This document shows, piece by piece, positions 63,292 to 64,000 of a DNA stretch of 64,000 nt. Origin of the DNA: Lama guanicoe (Eukaryota); NCBI GenBank assembly GCA_013239625.1, contig MU054323.1:1736001-1800000 (forward strand), read 5' to 3'. Within the stretch, counting starts at the first letter, position 1. Each line of letters begins with the position of its first letter. A program made the translations under genes and the position numbers. The notes under the pieces are model-generated. The model was not told the DNA's origin, did no database searches, and saw only the letters and a list, made by a program, of their open reading frames with translations.

Positions 63292-63551
63292 GAAATCCCA
63301 GATTTCGAGATCTTTGTCCAGGGTCAATAAGTGACACAAGCCAGGTGGGTGGAGATGTGAATATCACCTTTATTACTAGGGAAGGCAGTTTGGAGGCTGG
63401 AGACTGGCTGCACCGTGCTACTTCCCAGTTGCCTTCCCTACCCTATTCCCAGTTGAGACCTTGGGACATCCCATCAGAGGGAGAGCCTGAAAACCAGAAG
63501 ATTGCTCAACTAGCTATGAGACGAATTAAGGTTTCAGAGCCTCAAGAGTAG
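63292..63551 (+). pseudogene. HYR-like exon remnant with an open frame
   Basis: Acceptor tttcttggctttgtctgacag; (G)NPRFRDLCPGSISDTSQVGGDVNITFITREGSLEAGD...RRIKVS. Confidence 0.58.
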
Positions 63552-64000
63552 GAAAGAGAACAAAACCACAAATGGGTATTGTTTTAAATATTAACTCCAC
63601 ACAGACCAGAAACGTGGCACTCACCAAAGAGACACACATTTCCCCAGAAGGTAAAGAATTTTACTCTAGATAAGAATTCCATTCATAGAAATAAAAGGAA
63701 AGGACATTAGGGGTCTGTCTAAAAGTTCTGAGCAGTAAATGGGAAAAATAGTTGTTACAAATATTGAAAATTTGAAAGTTCTACTTAACCGTAAGTTACA
63801 TTGATTATTGTGTCTAAAGGCTCTGAATGCTTGAATTCTTTATGGAAAGAGATGCTTGTGATTCCCTATGCCTTGAACAGCAATTTTAATATACTGGAGA
63901 AACAAAATAGGGCAGGAGCGATAACACGGTGAATGGATGGGGAAGACTATTTAATGCAATAGCAACAAATATGAAGTATTTGGATTATCCACAACCTTTC

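Larger units (their letters stand above)
1..63551 (+). pseudogene. Decayed multi-exon pseudogene of a giant mosaic extracellular protein (CTL x~8 - LDLa - CUB - sushi/HYR array - ephrin-receptor-like - EGF - TSP1); extends beyond the window
   Basis: More than 35 separate + strand segments in repeat-free intervals translate, across stops and frameshifts, into recognisable cysteine-module motifs in a coherent order. Many begin at Y-tract+AG and end at GT. No comparable series is seen on the - strand. Confidence 0.82.

Noticed and set aside
1..63551. Naming the fossil as SVEP1, MRC1, SCUBE, SRPX or vitellogenin
   Set aside because: Domain content and order do not match any of these and I recognise no gene-specific sequence; no symbol given
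1..64000. CRISPR array, operon or other prokaryotic system
   Set aside because: Mammalian repeat landscape with no regularly spaced direct repeats and no long intact ORFs

Overview
Mammalian genomic DNA, most likely camelid (tRNA-derived SINE at 8372-8503 and lineage-type L1 3' ends), rich in L1, L2, MIR, MaLR LTR and DNA-transposon relics. I found no intact protein-coding gene, RNA gene or CRISPR array, and the supplied ORF track is mostly repeat-derived or spurious. Manual three-frame reading of the + strand between the repeats shows a long, ordered series of heavily decayed exon remnants (many with polypyrimidine-AG acceptors or GT donors, all with stops, frameshifts or lost consensus residues). 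Together they spell a very large extracellular mosaic protein: about 8 C-type lectin domains, LDL-receptor class A, CUB, many sushi (CCP) and HYR domains, ephrin-receptor-like (GCC2/GCC3) repeats, EGF/EGF-CA and TSP1. The remnants run across the whole window and appear to continue past both ends. I interpret this as a fossil intron-containing, probably unitary, pseudogene of an ancestral vertebrate gene with an SVEP1/Uninflatable-like module set and a mannose-receptor-like lectin array. Domain calls are by-eye motif recognition, not HMM results. Repeat boundaries and family names are approximate.
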